Shown here one piece after another: positions 50,688 to 61,123 of a stretch of 64,000 nucleotides of DNA. The DNA lies in assembly GCA_018674305.1 (NCBI GenBank), contig JABHAL010000004.1:446-64445 (forward strand). The letters are read 5' to 3'. Below the pieces are notes generated by a model. The model was given only the letters and a program-made list of their open reading frames with translations, had not been told where the DNA came from and ran no database searches. Position 1 is the first letter of the stretch, and every line of letters starts with the position of its first letter. Source of the DNA: Candidatus Falkowbacteria bacterium (GTDB taxonomy: Bacteria; Patescibacteriota; Patescibacteriia; UBA11705; JABHMO01). Position numbers and translations under genes: made by a program.

Positions 50688-51969
50688 CATGAAGCGCCTC
50701 AAAGAAGAGCGCAAAAAGATCAAGAAGATTCTCTACACACCTGATGAAGTCAAGGCAATCATTGCCGGAATCAAGCCGATCATTCAGGGAATTTCCGATG
50801 AAGATGTGTACAAGTTCACGATGCAACAGGGCGCCTATCTCGGACAGTCTTTCAATGGCTCAAAGAACTTTTGCGATCTGGATGTAGAGTACGACTTTAA
50901 CGATCGGAAAGGTACGGTTTACCCAGAAGGCTTTGCCGATGCAGTTACGCGCCAGGTCCGACTCATGGGCAATATGCGTCTCCAAGACTGGGAACGAAAA
51001 GGCTTTGAAAGCATGTCCTGGTTCAAGCGAAGCTATCTTGATTTTCTCAGTAGCTATCGCTATGACCCGAGTGAAGTTACAGTTCGACAAGACAGAAAGG
51101 GGCGCCTTTTTATCAAAGTAAACGGCCCCTGGTATCGTACGATCCTGTGGGAAGTTCCCATCCTGGCGATTGTCAGCGAGCTGTACTTCCACATGACCGG
51201 ACAGACTCCGAACGTTGAAACTTTTGAGACCAACCTGGTCAACAAGACCTTCAACTTCAATCGTCCTGGCTTCACTTACATCGACTTTGGTACCCGTCGT
51301 CGAGTTTCTTACCTGACCCAGGAAGCAGTTTGTCTCTATATGGCACAGACCATTCCTGACAACTTCCTTGGTACGAGCAATTGCTATATTGCTTTCAAGA
51401 ATGGACTCAAGGCGTTCGGTACTCATGCTCATGAATGGTTCATGGCACACCAAGCGATGTTTGGTACTCGCATGGCCAACGAAATGGGTTTAGAATCCTG
51501 GGTTCGTATGTACGATGGTGCACTGGGCATTGCCCTTACCGACACTTTCACCACTGCGAACTTCCTTGAGGCTTTTGGTAAGCGTTACGCTGAGCTTTTC
51601 ACTGGAGTTCGTCACGACAGTGGCTGTCCATTTGAATTTGGTGAAGCGATAATCAAACATTACGAAAGGCTGGGAATTGACCCCAAAAGCAAGGCCATCG
51701 TCTTTAGCGATGGACTGGATGACAAGCTGGCCGTTGAACTTCACGAAAAGTTCTATGGCCGTATCGGCGTATCCTTTGGTATCGGAACATTCTTATCCAA
51801 TGACGTTGGATTTAAGCCCCTATCCATTGTGATCAAAATCAGCAAATGTCGATGGTTAGGAACTGAACGCTGGATCTACGTAGTCAAACTGTCCGACAAT
51901 CCAGCCAAACACCACGGTCCGCCAGAGGCTATTACCAATACTCAGTATGACATTGGTTTAGCAGCTTAA
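50680..51969 (+). CDS. pncB: Nicotinate phosphoribosyltransferase
   Basis: DVYKFTM, DFGTRRR, GTSN, GTHAHEW, LTDT, RHDSG, FSDGL, FGIGT, KLSD motifs. Confidence 0.95.
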   Translation: MLDMKRLKEERKKIKKILYTPDEVKAIIAGIKPIIQGISDEDVYKFTMQQGAYLGQSFNGSKNFCDLDVEYDFNDRKGTVYPEGFADAVTRQVRLMGNMRLQDWERKGFESMSWFKRSYLDFLSSYRYDPSEVTVRQDRKGRLFIKVNGPWYRTILWEVPILAIVSELYFHMTGQTPNVETFETNLVNKTFNFNRPGFTYIDFGTRRRVSYLTQEAVCLYMAQTIPDNFLGTSNCYIAFKNGLKAFGTHAHEWFMAHQAMFGTRMANEMGLESWVRMYDGALGIALTDTFTTANFLEAFGKRYAELFTGVRHDSGCPFEFGEAIIKHYERLGIDPKSKAIVFSDGLDDKLAVELHEKFYGRIGVSFGIGTFLSNDVGFKPLSIVIKISKCRWLGTERWIYVVKLSDNPAKHHGPPEAITNTQYDIGLAA

Positions 51970-51979
51970 ACTTAAACAT

Positions 51980-52014
51980 AACCCTACTTTCACACTTGGA
52001 AGTAGGGTTTTTTT
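51980..52014 (+). terminator. Intrinsic terminator
   Basis: aaccctacttt...aagtagggtttttt. Confidence 0.75.
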
Positions 52015-52185
52015 GTCACAAACAAACGACTTTGTTTTCCCAAAGGGACCAGATTGTGGTAAATTAAAACAAAAACTACACAAAACAGTTGACTTTATGT
52101 GAAAAGTATGTTGTAATTATTAATCGTTTACTAGGTACCTACTACCTTAGACTAGATATCTAAAAAGTAGGGAAGGAGTTCTTTT

Positions 52186-52680
52186 ATGAGTACCGTAACA
52201 ATTGGCCTGTTTGGAACTTGTGGTGGCAGTGTTTGGCGGGATACTTTCATGAAACGCTATGAACAAGAAGGTATCGCCTTTTTCAACCCAGTGGTTGAAG
52301 ACTGGGATCCCAGCATGGCCGAGGTGGAAGCTGAACATCTGGCAAACGATGAAATCATCCTGTTCCCTGTAACCAAAGAGTCCTATGGCTCTGGTTCATT
52401 GGCAGAGGTTGGTTTCTCCATTCTCCAGGCCATTCGCCTGGATGACCGGCGCGACTTTGTCATCCTGATCGACATGGACCTGGATGAAAGCTTGGATGAC
52501 CCGATTGCACGGAAAGACTCTATCAGGGCCCGCGCCCTGGTCAAGCAACATCTGAAGAAGCAACGGCTCAAGAACGTGTACTTGGTTGAGTCGTTGGAAG
52601 AAATGCTGGAAGTAAGTGTGCAACTGCACGAAGCCGCCAGCATCCACAGTGGACTGAGGAGATTCAATCCTCACCGCTAG
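52186..52680 (+). CDS. Nucleoside 2-deoxyribosyltransferase-like protein (second)
   Basis: LFGTCGGSVWR, FFNPVVEDW, GSLAEVG motifs. Confidence 0.7.
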   Translation: MSTVTIGLFGTCGGSVWRDTFMKRYEQEGIAFFNPVVEDWDPSMAEVEAEHLANDEIILFPVTKESYGSGSLAEVGFSILQAIRLDDRRDFVILIDMDLDESLDDPIARKDSIRARALVKQHLKKQRLKNVYLVESLEEMLEVSVQLHEAASIHSGLRRFNPHR

Positions 52681-52776
52681 ACAACCATGAACCGCATCAA
52701 CATCTTAATGTTGATGCGGTTTTTCATTATTATACAATTATAAAAAGTCCTGGTAGTTACCAAGACTTTTATGTTT

Positions 52777-53838
52777 TTATTTCCTTCCAGCAAACGTGTC
52801 AAAGAATTCAACTCCCAACGCTTTAGCGTCTCGGAAAGTTCGATTAAACTCCTGCCATTCCACAGGTATTGATTCCAACCCAACATTGGCTCCAATTAAC
52901 GCACCCACAATTGCCGCATTAGTATCAGTGTCACCGCCAGCGTTAACTGCTTCCAGTACACCTGCTCGGAAGTTAGTTGGATTACGAAAGAAAATTGCAA
53001 TGGCAAAAGGAATTGATTCCAAGGAATAACAACTACAACCGTTTTGTTGAATCAAGCCATTTAGATTCGACAGCAAACCATTCTCATGAATCTTTTGTAA
53101 CCGGTCTGAAATTTTATCAGTATAATCATGGTAAGCTGAATACAATTTTTCAGCAGCCCTGACCGTTTTGACCAAAGCCTTGAACTTCAAATCTACCTTT
53201 CTAGAACCAACGTCCATTTCATCCTTAACCGATGAGGACATTAACCAGCAAATTGCATAAGCAGCAATCGAAGCACGAATATCTGAATGAGTGGCCATAC
53301 CCTGCTCCACACATATAGACATCATTTTACCACCAGTTACTCCACCATTAGCTAGGGCAACATACATAGCCAGTGGCGCAATTTTCATAGCTACGCCATT
53401 GCCACAACCCTGATTCGGCGCTGGTCGATTACTATGATTTCTCGGATCCTTGCCTTCCCGACCATCAGTCTGAAAAAAACGTTGGATCTGAAAAATAGAA
53501 TTCCGCGTTGAGCCTCCCCAACCAGCAGTACTTTCATTAGCTTCACGAATCTGCTCTTTGAGCATATCCTCAAAATCATAACCCTTACAACGAATCAATG
53601 ATTTTGCCAACGCTCGAGTCAACTGCCAGTCATCAGTAGTTTCACCAGCTTTAAAATTACTAATGCTATCAAAACGAGTTTGCTTAGCATCAAGAAAACC
53701 AGTAACACCACCTGGTACAGCTTTTTCTATCTGATCATCAGTCATAGTTTCAACGGGCATGCCCATTGCATCGCCAATGGCAACGCCAAGAAAGCAAGCC
53801 TGAACTTTACTGCGGAATAATTCATTCAAGTCCTGCAT
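52777..53838 (-). CDS. ADP-ribosylglycohydrolase (DraG/ARH family)
   Basis: GDAMG, TTDD, GNGVAM, TH, GGDTDT motifs. Confidence 0.93.
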   Translation of the reverse strand: MQDLNELFRSKVQACFLGVAIGDAMGMPVETMTDDQIEKAVPGGVTGFLDAKQTRFDSISNFKAGETTDDWQLTRALAKSLIRCKGYDFEDMLKEQIREANESTAGWGGSTRNSIFQIQRFFQTDGREGKDPRNHSNRPAPNQGCGNGVAMKIAPLAMYVALANGGVTGGKMMSICVEQGMATHSDIRASIAAYAICWLMSSSVKDEMDVGSRKVDLKFKALVKTVRAAEKLYSAYHDYTDKISDRLQKIHENGLLSNLNGLIQQNGCSCYSLESIPFAIAIFFRNPTNFRAGVLEAVNAGGDTDTNAAIVGALIGANVGLESIPVEWQEFNRTFRDAKALGVEFFDTFAGRK

Positions 53839-54005
53839 GAGAACCTCCATATATTTATTTTTTACAAAGAACCGTTCATAGACATTATATATTATAGTAT
53901 TAATAATTTTTAGTCAATGATAAAAAACATATATATTAATTGACAATTTGGCTTAATTTTCATACAATTAAGTATAAATATGTTCATTCAACAAAGGAGA
54001 AAATA

Positions 54006-54470
54006 ATGAAGAACTCATCTTGGATTGTTGTTTTTATGTTTTCATGTTTTTATGTTTTTATGTTCAATGGTTGTTCAATCATTAAAAAACAATGCGAAGC
54101 CCCACCAGGACCTTGCGACATCGCCGACTGGCAAACGCATTGCAAGCAAAGCATTGATGATTTGGACTGGCTAAGGGCTCATTACTTCAACAACACTTAT
54201 TGCTTTTGCCAAGATCTAAAAACCACAGCAATTATTGTTTCAGATGAATGTTTACAATTAGCTGACAAAGCTGAAACCGAAAGAGACAAACGAGAATATC
54301 TAGTCACAGCTGGTCATCTTATCCTCTACTATGCATTTGACGAGTGCGATAAACTTGGCTCAGTTGTTTATGACAGATTAACCAAAGCCAAATTACATAA
54401 ACAAGCCAAGCAGTTTGCTAAAGAATGCAAGATTGCACATTACCAACTCTCAGAAGAAGAGTTACCATGA
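54006..54470 (+). CDS. Cys-rich putative lipoprotein
   Basis: AGGAG RBS, signal peptide ending FNGC. Confidence 0.65.
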   Translation: MKNSSWIVVFMFSCFYVFMFNGCSIIKKQCEAPPGPCDIADWQTHCKQSIDDLDWLRAHYFNNTYCFCQDLKTTAIIVSDECLQLADKAETERDKREYLVTAGHLILYYAFDECDKLGSVVYDRLTKAKLHKQAKQFAKECKIAHYQLSEEELP

Positions 54471-54514
54471 AAAAATATTAAACCCCACCTTCTATTAAAG
54501 GTGGGGCTTTTTCT

Positions 54515-55300
54515 TTACGGAGTAAAGAAATTGTTTTGAGCACTCTTCGGATTAACCTTGGCCTGTGATGCGCGGATCACAGACTGACTAACCAGTTGGA
54601 AAACCCGACGAACATCAGACGGGGTATCACCAGCTTCAAGAACTGCACCAGCCGGAATACCCATGTCCTTGGCCACATCTTTGAATCCGTGATTTCCCAA
54701 TCCAACCATAGCCAGAACAAAGGTTTCAGAATCCAGAAGATCCTTGGCCAAAGTTGCACAATCCGCAGCAGTGTGCTGACGAGAGCCATAATCCTGACCA
54801 TCAGTAATCACTACAGCAATGCTACGCACAGTTGTTCCAGAGTCGCGAAGCTGCTGAGCATAAGTAACATTAGCAGACAAAGTCTCAACCCACTTGTCAT
54901 AAAGAGGAGTGCAACCACCAGGATGGTAACTTTTATTATCCAATTTTTCAGCATCCACAACTTTCAGATAAGAGTGATAAGGGTTGTCTCTGTTCAAGGC
55001 CCACATTCCAAGCAAAAATGAATCCTTCTGTTTGGAATCAACCAGCGCTTCAATCAAAGCATTCTGGCCATCAATAACCGCACCAACAACATCCCACATA
55101 GAACTTGAGTCATCAATCAAGAGACTTACCAAGGCAACTTCAGTTGCATCGATCTCATCAAGGTCCAATCCATCGCAACCCATGAGAACATTATCATCAA
55201 GACTTACGCACATTAGGTCACGCGATGGCAAAGAGATGATCCCATGATCAGCTGCATCACCTAGAACACTTTTTACAGTACCAATATCAGGTTTACTCAT
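54515..55300 (-). CDS. vWA domain protein (TerY-like)
   Basis: MIDAS motif IDDSSSM, TPLYD, ITDG. Confidence 0.85.
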   Translation of the reverse strand: MSKPDIGTVKSVLGDAADHGIISLPSRDLMCVSLDDNVLMGCDGLDLDEIDATEVALVSLLIDDSSSMWDVVGAVIDGQNALIEALVDSKQKDSFLLGMWALNRDNPYHSYLKVVDAEKLDNKSYHPGGCTPLYDKWVETLSANVTYAQQLRDSGTTVRSIAVVITDGQDYGSRQHTAADCATLAKDLLDSETFVLAMVGLGNHGFKDVAKDMGIPAGAVLEAGDTPSDVRRVFQLVSQSVIRASQAKVNPKSAQNNFFTP

Positions 55301-55372
55301 AATAATCTCCTATGAGTTAAAAGATTAAAGTTGAAAGTTAAACACAAGAAATTAACTCAGACAAAGACGGTT

Positions 55373-55400
55373 CCCTCCTCCGACTTAAGTCGGAGGAGGG
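55373..55400. repeat. Perfect 28-bp palindrome (REP-like)
   Basis: ccctcctccgactt|aagtcggaggaggg inside the operon. Confidence 0.75.
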
Positions 55401-55416
55401 TTTGTTATTTTTAGGT

Positions 55417-56412
55417 TTACGCAGCGATGTCGATAACGTCAGTAGACTTGACTACGTGCATACCCGCAGCGCGGAAATCATCCAGCGCATCCTTGGCCAT
55501 CTGCGGGAAGTCAACGATAACTGCACCAGTATTAGGATCAGTCACGGCCGGAACCGGAGACATGCAATCCTCCAGAATATAAACCTTGTCCACCAGACTA
55601 GGATCAACAGCGTTAATTTCACGCAGCAAGTCTTCAATCGTGGTCTTAACGCAATGACTGGAAGCCTGACCAGCAATGTAGATCCGATCATTTTCCATCA
55701 AAGCCTTGAAGAACTTGGTATTGAACTGGCCAACCACTCGACCAGCCACATCCTTCACTTCAGGCGAAAGAACTGAATAGTTCTCAGTCAGAGGATGAAC
55801 ACCCTTGGTCTCAAACTTGGTCTGCTTGCGACGAGCTACTGCATGGAACATAGCTGCTTCAAAAACTGCCGGAACCATCGCATGCCCAACACAACCAAGC
55901 ATGGTGTGATACGGCCAAACGCAAAGCATATATTTGCCAGTTTTCTCAAGCTCCTCGCAATATGCAATGCACTCATGCGGATAAAGTGCTGGCACATACT
56001 TGCCACTCTTAATATCCGCAACAGAAATGAGCGTGAACGGAGCAGGGTGCTTGCCGGTTGCACTCTCAATCCAGAAAGAAGGATGGAAAATCTGGTAAGC
56101 TTTGTGCGTATCCAGAGAAAAATGCATCTCTGTGATCAGCCCCAGATTTTTGTAAATGAACTCACACAATCTGGCACTGTCTTCCATTGCGCCAGGGACA
56201 GACAAACTACCAGAAGTCAAACAAAAATCATTCTGTACATCAATACCGAAAAGTGCAATTTTGAATTTATCATCTACTGACGGCTTCAAGCCATGCACCT
56301 TGGCAAAATCAGTTGCCTCCTCAGCAACCATCGCCTTACGAGAAAGATACAGATCGCCAACCTTGCTAGCGTCATAAAAACTCGGAAACGGAAAAATTTT
56401 AGCATTACTCAT
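55417..56412 (-). CDS. Nicotinamidase/isochorismatase-like cysteine hydrolase (long form)
   Basis: IDVQNDFC, LDTH, WPYH, TKG, GQASSHCV motifs. Confidence 0.85.
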   Translation of the reverse strand: MSNAKIFPFPSFYDASKVGDLYLSRKAMVAEEATDFAKVHGLKPSVDDKFKIALFGIDVQNDFCLTSGSLSVPGAMEDSARLCEFIYKNLGLITEMHFSLDTHKAYQIFHPSFWIESATGKHPAPFTLISVADIKSGKYVPALYPHECIAYCEELEKTGKYMLCVWPYHTMLGCVGHAMVPAVFEAAMFHAVARRKQTKFETKGVHPLTENYSVLSPEVKDVAGRVVGQFNTKFFKALMENDRIYIAGQASSHCVKTTIEDLLREINAVDPSLVDKVYILEDCMSPVPAVTDPNTGAVIVDFPQMAKDALDDFRAAGMHVVKSTDVIDIAA

Positions 56413-56451
56413 AATAGGCTCCTAAAAAGTTAAAAGGTAAAAGTAATAACA

Positions 56452-58269
56452 TTAACTCAAGCGAAGAAGACGAATCTCCTTTTCAGAAATTACGTAAACT
56501 CCTCCTGCTGCTGAAATTAATTCACATGATTCATCAACAAACTTTTCTGTGTCAGAAAAAAGTTTAGCTTCAACAAAGTAACCATTTTCAGGATTTAGTA
56601 AAAGCAAACCCTCATCAGTTGCACATAGTACATTGTTACCACCAAGTGCTTTGCCACGAATTGTCTTTAACGATCGACTATTGTCTGCCTCCTCTTCTCT
56701 TTCAGCAATTAACTTACCGTTCTTATCGAGAAGGTAAATAACGTTAATAGTCTTACCATTTTCTACCCGAGACAAAGTGAATAAAACTGAATCATGAGTA
56801 AAATAGCATTCCGCGTCAACCAACTGTCCTTTAATCTCAGGTAACTTCACGTTGTCATTAAGAAACCCCTTGTGAGCATCAAAGACAAAGTAAACAGTCT
56901 TAAGTCCGACTCGGTAAAAACCAAAGCCGAAATCTGGTCCAACTTTGAACCAAGTCTGATTTTCCAGAATCTGTCCCACGATTTCCTGATCATTTTCAGC
57001 TAGGTAATCACCGGAGAGGGTAAAAAAATCAGATTGATTACTGGTAAACATTGGCAACTTACCAAGACCACCAACGGGAATTATCTGTTCAACCTTTTCA
57101 TTACGAATTACAGCAATCTTTTTACCGGAGCCAATCAAAGTACGGTCTCCCATCAAGGCAAAACGCATTGTTCGATCAGCTTTTTCCAAAATCACTTTTT
57201 GTTGGGTTTCCCGGCGAAGAGTATCACCTTCTTCGTAAAGATAACGCAGTTTAGGTCCCTGCAATTCGGCTAAAATAATTCTACCTCTGGTTTGAAACAC
57301 CCTCGTCGCAGTACAACTACCGTTTATTACTGTAGCTTGTACTAATGCCGGGTCCCTTTGCACACAAGTCGGACAAACACGACGAGCATGATAAACTCCG
57401 CACTTAGCACACTCCGTCCACCGAATACTTTTCAGTAGATTAAGATCTAGCTTAGCTCTTTGTTTATCGTCAAAGAGCAAGCTAAAGTAGTTAAGTAACT
57501 CATCCGGCAAAACCCCATAATGAATTGCCGCTTTGGGATACTTTACTTGGTCATCAAAAACTGAAACTGCTGCTTCAGCTCGACGAAGCATGGTTTTGAA
57601 TCCTTTATGAATGCCACCGTAAGGATGAACATACAAAAGGCTTTGAAAAAGCATGACCGCAAAAGCATAGTAATCACTTTCGCAAGTAAAAACTGCTCTA
57701 GAAGAAAAGTCCTGTCCGAACAAAAGAGGATCCAGAAACCTTTCTGTGGCCATAACACAGGGCAAACCAGCAAACTGCATACTGTCAGTGTCAATCAAGT
57801 AACTTTTTTGATCTTTGAATAGAACATTCAAATCATTAAAGTCACCAATAATCACACTTCGAGTATGCAAACCATCAACTGCCTGACCTAAGTCACCGAA
57901 AATTTCCATTACTTCAGAGTTATCAATTCCACCTTGGCGAAATTTCTTTTGCGAAAGCATATAAGCTACTTCAGCGCCAGAAACTTTAGGCATTACATAG
58001 CCGACAATTTCACCTTTTACATCTTTGGCAAGAGCGATAGGTGAAATTACATTTTTCGGCAAATTCTGAGGAAACTTTCTCAGTTTTTCAAGCTTGATCC
58101 TATGCATCATTTGCCACAGATCTTTACGATCTTGCTCCCAACCTTTCTCTGGTTTATGAAAAATCTTTACTGCTTTGTCTCGCCAGTTGAAAACCTGAGC
58201 CTCACCGCCAGTTCCCAAAATATCTTTGGGAGACAGACGGACTTTTTTACCTTCTATGTAAACATCCAT
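56452..58269 (-). CDS. Ser/Thr kinase-like protein with zinc ribbon and beta-rich C-terminus
   Basis: GTGGEAQV, AVKIF, IGDFNDLN, IDTDS, HPY; CAKC..CPTC. Confidence 0.85.
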   Translation of the reverse strand: MDVYIEGKKVRLSPKDILGTGGEAQVFNWRDKAVKIFHKPEKGWEQDRKDLWQMMHRIKLEKLRKFPQNLPKNVISPIALAKDVKGEIVGYVMPKVSGAEVAYMLSQKKFRQGGIDNSEVMEIFGDLGQAVDGLHTRSVIIGDFNDLNVLFKDQKSYLIDTDSMQFAGLPCVMATERFLDPLLFGQDFSSRAVFTCESDYYAFAVMLFQSLLYVHPYGGIHKGFKTMLRRAEAAVSVFDDQVKYPKAAIHYGVLPDELLNYFSLLFDDKQRAKLDLNLLKSIRWTECAKCGVYHARRVCPTCVQRDPALVQATVINGSCTATRVFQTRGRIILAELQGPKLRYLYEEGDTLRRETQQKVILEKADRTMRFALMGDRTLIGSGKKIAVIRNEKVEQIIPVGGLGKLPMFTSNQSDFFTLSGDYLAENDQEIVGQILENQTWFKVGPDFGFGFYRVGLKTVYFVFDAHKGFLNDNVKLPEIKGQLVDAECYFTHDSVLFTLSRVENGKTINVIYLLDKNGKLIAEREEEADNSRSLKTIRGKALGGNNVLCATDEGLLLLNPENGYFVEAKLFSDTEKFVDESCELISAAGGVYVISEKEIRLLRLS

Positions 58270-58284
58270 TGCTTCCTCCGGAAG

Positions 58285-58399
58285 AAATTCTAATTTCCTA
58301 AATCCTAAACATCAAATAATATCAAATGTTCAAACCAATAAATTTAAATTTTGAACTTTGTATTTGTTTAGAATTTAGATATTAGTGATTGGGATTTGT
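58285..58399. repeat. Opposed 7-nt-period tandem repeat tracts
   Basis: aaattctaatttcctaaatcctaaacatcaaat...tttgtttagaatttagatattagtgattgggatttg. Confidence 0.65.
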
Positions 58400-59154
58400 A
58401 ATTCTTGCTTTCTAACAAGAATTACCGTTGTATCGTCATGTAAAAGTTTATGATTATTACCAAGAACGTTCAGTCGCTTTTGAACCAAAGCTTTATTTTT
58501 CAAATACTTTGACCCAGTTTCAAAATCTAGCAAGTCTCCAACTTTCATTTCTTTGCCAAGCAAAGAAATATCTTCCTCACTTCTTTCAAATAACTCACTA
58601 AAGCCATCGGTGGCAATTAGCAAACTGTCGACTTCAGAAGTTGGTAGGTCATGCTGAATTTTAACTTTTGCTGAACCATAAGTTAAATATTCAGGTTCAT
58701 TATTTTGATCAATTTCTGTAACTTCTCCATTCAGAGAAATCACCCCATCACCAAAGCTAAAGATAATCGTTCTTTCTTCGGTCAAAATAAATCCGACCAA
58801 AGTAAAAAGCCAATAACTATAGGTGTCAGGAGCTTCTACTATCCCTAAACACTGATTAAAGCGACGCAGACTAAGCAAAAATTGCCTGGCCGCATCGTTC
58901 AAAAAGTACTCCCAATCATTTGGCAATTCATCTGGACAAATTTCAATCATCTGTCGTAAATGATTAGCCATAAATCGGACTCCTAACTTCGCTCCTACTT
59001 CAGAATGCCTCCCTGAGCCACAACCATCACTAACTAAACCAATAACTACTCGTTCAGTTGTGGCAATAGTTAAAGCATCTTGATTGTTCTTGAAACCTTT
59101 GTGATGATAAGATCCAATGACGCTTCCACCTTGAATAGCGAATTTATCCAACAT
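58375..59154 (-). CDS. PP2C-like protein phosphatase
   Basis: SVIGSYH, NNQDA, SDGCGS, GDG, ATDG, DDTT motifs. Confidence 0.88.
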   Translation of the reverse strand: MLDKFAIQGGSVIGSYHHKGFKNNQDALTIATTERVVIGLVSDGCGSGRHSEVGAKLGVRFMANHLRQMIEICPDELPNDWEYFLNDAARQFLLSLRRFNQCLGIVEAPDTYSYWLFTLVGFILTEERTIIFSFGDGVISLNGEVTEIDQNNEPEYLTYGSAKVKIQHDLPTSEVDSLLIATDGFSELFERSEEDISLLGKEMKVGDLLDFETGSKYLKNKALVQKRLNVLGNNHKLLHDDTTVILVRKQELQIPITNI

Positions 59155-59291
59155 TATATTTCTCCTATTTATGTAACTATGATTGTCAAAGTTCTATACT
59201 CACTATGAATTCTTCCTTGTAAAAAGCCGAAGCAAATCACAGAGAAGAAAAACGCAAGATGTAATTTCCCCACAATATGTTTTTAGGAAAT

Positions 59292-59353
59292 AGTGTAATG
59301 AATACACTTTTGTCTTACAGTTTAATCATAGTGTACTTTTTACACATTGTCAA
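59292..59353 (-). promoter_or_regulatory. Promoter with two NrtR-like operators (59292-59308, 59330-59346)
   Basis: TTGACA-17-TATGAT; AGTGT-aatgaat-ACACT and AGTGT-acttttt-ACACA. Confidence 0.75.
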
Positions 59354-59464
59354 GTCTTTTTGTTAATTTAAAACAAAAACTAGCTAAAGTTAGCTAATAA
59401 TTCCTGTGGGCAAAGGGTTAAAAATGACACTTATGTTTAAATTGAATCCTTGTAATCTCGTAAA

Positions 59465-59500
59465 CAAAAAAACGTCTACTTAACTTTGTAAGTAGACGCT
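59465..59500 (-). terminator. nadE terminator
   Basis: aaaaaaacgtctactta...taagtagacg. Confidence 0.75.
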
Positions 59501-59511
59501 TATGATTTCAG

Positions 59512-60525
59512 TTAAAGAACAATGTCTTCAATGTGCGGCAGACCAAGGTCTTCTCGACCCAGATTCAGCGTACCTCGCCGCTTGAAGGCTCCGTTCAACG
59601 CTCTTTCCGCCAAACTGTGAATCAGTTCATACGGATAATCATCGATGATGGGAAGATCATTCAACTGATTTTTGTCTCCATCCGGATCAAAGCCAACCTG
59701 AATCAGCTTGATCATAACCTCATCGATCACGTCGTAATTTGCACGGAGTTCATCTTCATCATTCTTGCTGATTCCGAGATCAGCATCCGGCTTGCGGTTG
59801 ATTACCTCTTCCGGAACACAAAGCCGCCTGGCAAAGGCCTTCATCTCCTTTCCCTTGAGAACATTCTGGATCATTCCGAAATCACCAACATCACCGCAGA
59901 TAGTCCAGAAGGCCATCCAGAATTCCGACAGATTGTCGGTCGAAAGAACAAGTCCCTTCATAAGCCTGGCAATGTGGTACGCAGTAATCATGCGCAGACG
60001 CGCCTTGATATTTCCCTGCGCAACCTTGCGAGACCAGTCCCACTGATCAAGAGCAGCCTGATTCTGTGTTTTCACCAGAATCTCTTTTACCTGCTCATTA
60101 ATACTGGCAACTGGCGAACGAGGAAGATCATTGAGTAGATGCTCAAATCGACTTTCCTCAACATAGTGCTCAAGTAGAGCTCTCCAGTCGTAGCTACCGT
60201 TTGCAATACGGAATACTTCAGTCCATTCAACCTTGATCTGATGAACACCAAATTGATTGATAACATCAAGAGCCAAACGCTCTGCATCAGGACTGGACTC
60301 AATGGGAATCATCACTGCTGTAACATCCAGACGATAACCGTCCATCTTTGCCATGTCGCGTGCATACGCCGCCGCTCCCGTAGTTACAGCACTGTCTAGA
60401 CCTCCGGATTCAGGAATAATCAAATCATGAATACCGCTGGCTTTACAATAATCATACAGGTGCAGGGCCATCGCATCAATAGCCCGGTCAATCTGCTTAG
60501 TCGTCAATCTATACTCAGTCGTCAT
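59512..60525 (-). CDS. nadE: NH3-dependent NAD(+) synthetase
   Basis: SGGLDS, GNIKARLRM, STDNLSE, WTICGD, KPDADL; GGAGG before MTTEY. Confidence 0.9.
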   Translation of the reverse strand: MTTEYRLTTKQIDRAIDAMALHLYDYCKASGIHDLIIPESGGLDSAVTTGAAAYARDMAKMDGYRLDVTAVMIPIESSPDAERLALDVINQFGVHQIKVEWTEVFRIANGSYDWRALLEHYVEESRFEHLLNDLPRSPVASINEQVKEILVKTQNQAALDQWDWSRKVAQGNIKARLRMITAYHIARLMKGLVLSTDNLSEFWMAFWTICGDVGDFGMIQNVLKGKEMKAFARRLCVPEEVINRKPDADLGISKNDEDELRANYDVIDEVMIKLIQVGFDPDGDKNQLNDLPIIDDYPYELIHSLAERALNGAFKRRGTLNLGREDLGLPHIEDIVL

Positions 60526-61123
60526 TTTCGCCTCCGTAAAGGTCATTTGCAATAATAAACTTTTCGACAATAGGGACTACCAATCCTGTAATTGGATTTC
60601 CTGCTTTTAGTCGTGCACGGACTTCAGTACTTGAACCTGCAAGTTCTTGCACCGACAAGACCTCAGCTTTAGAAGGAAGGTCCTTCTCGTTGAGAGGAAA
60701 CCCAGCCCTACTGTTGATCACAAAGTTCAAGTTTTCCCAAACTTCCTGACCGCGATACCAGCATCTCTGAATCTCAGATTCCCCAGTAGCGCCGCCTATA
60801 ATTAGATCAGTTCCAATAACGTGGAAAACCTGACCATTAATTTGCTCTCGCAAACGGCGATCCAGATCGTAAGTACGAGTAAAGGTTTGATTCGTAACGT
60901 CACTCAAGTCAACCTTCACATTTTTCAATTCTCCGAAAGTCATAATAACCATTTCTGATCTTTCCAGTGGTGTCACTGTACCAAAGTCTTTTTTGACTCT
61001 TCCCCCACAAGGCACCACTAACACTTGATCGAAAATCTCAGAAAGAGTTTTGGCAATATCAAAGTGAGCCATTGTAGGTGGATCAAAACTACCACCAAAA
61101 ATCACAACCTTTTTGTCGTTCAT
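60515..61123 (-). CDS. nadD: Nicotinate-nucleotide adenylyltransferase
   Basis: FGGSFDPPTMAH, IGTD, SSTEVR motifs. Confidence 0.9.
   Translation of the reverse strand: MNDKKVVIFGGSFDPPTMAHFDIAKTLSEIFDQVLVVPCGGRVKKDFGTVTPLERSEMVIMTFGELKNVKVDLSDVTNQTFTRTYDLDRRLREQINGQVFHVIGTDLIIGGATGESEIQRCWYRGQEVWENLNFVINSRAGFPLNEKDLPSKAEVLSVQELAGSSTEVRARLKAGNPITGLVVPIVEKFIIANDLYGGENDD

Noticed and set aside
48069-52680. Thoeris/TIR or phage NARP system
   Set aside because: No ThsA-like Sir2/SLOG effector, and no Nampt or ADPR-PP synthetase seen; the pathway present is PncA/PncB type
59413-59431. Fifth NrtR-like box (agggttaaaaatgacact)
   Set aside because: Left half-site is degenerate and it does not overlap an evident promoter
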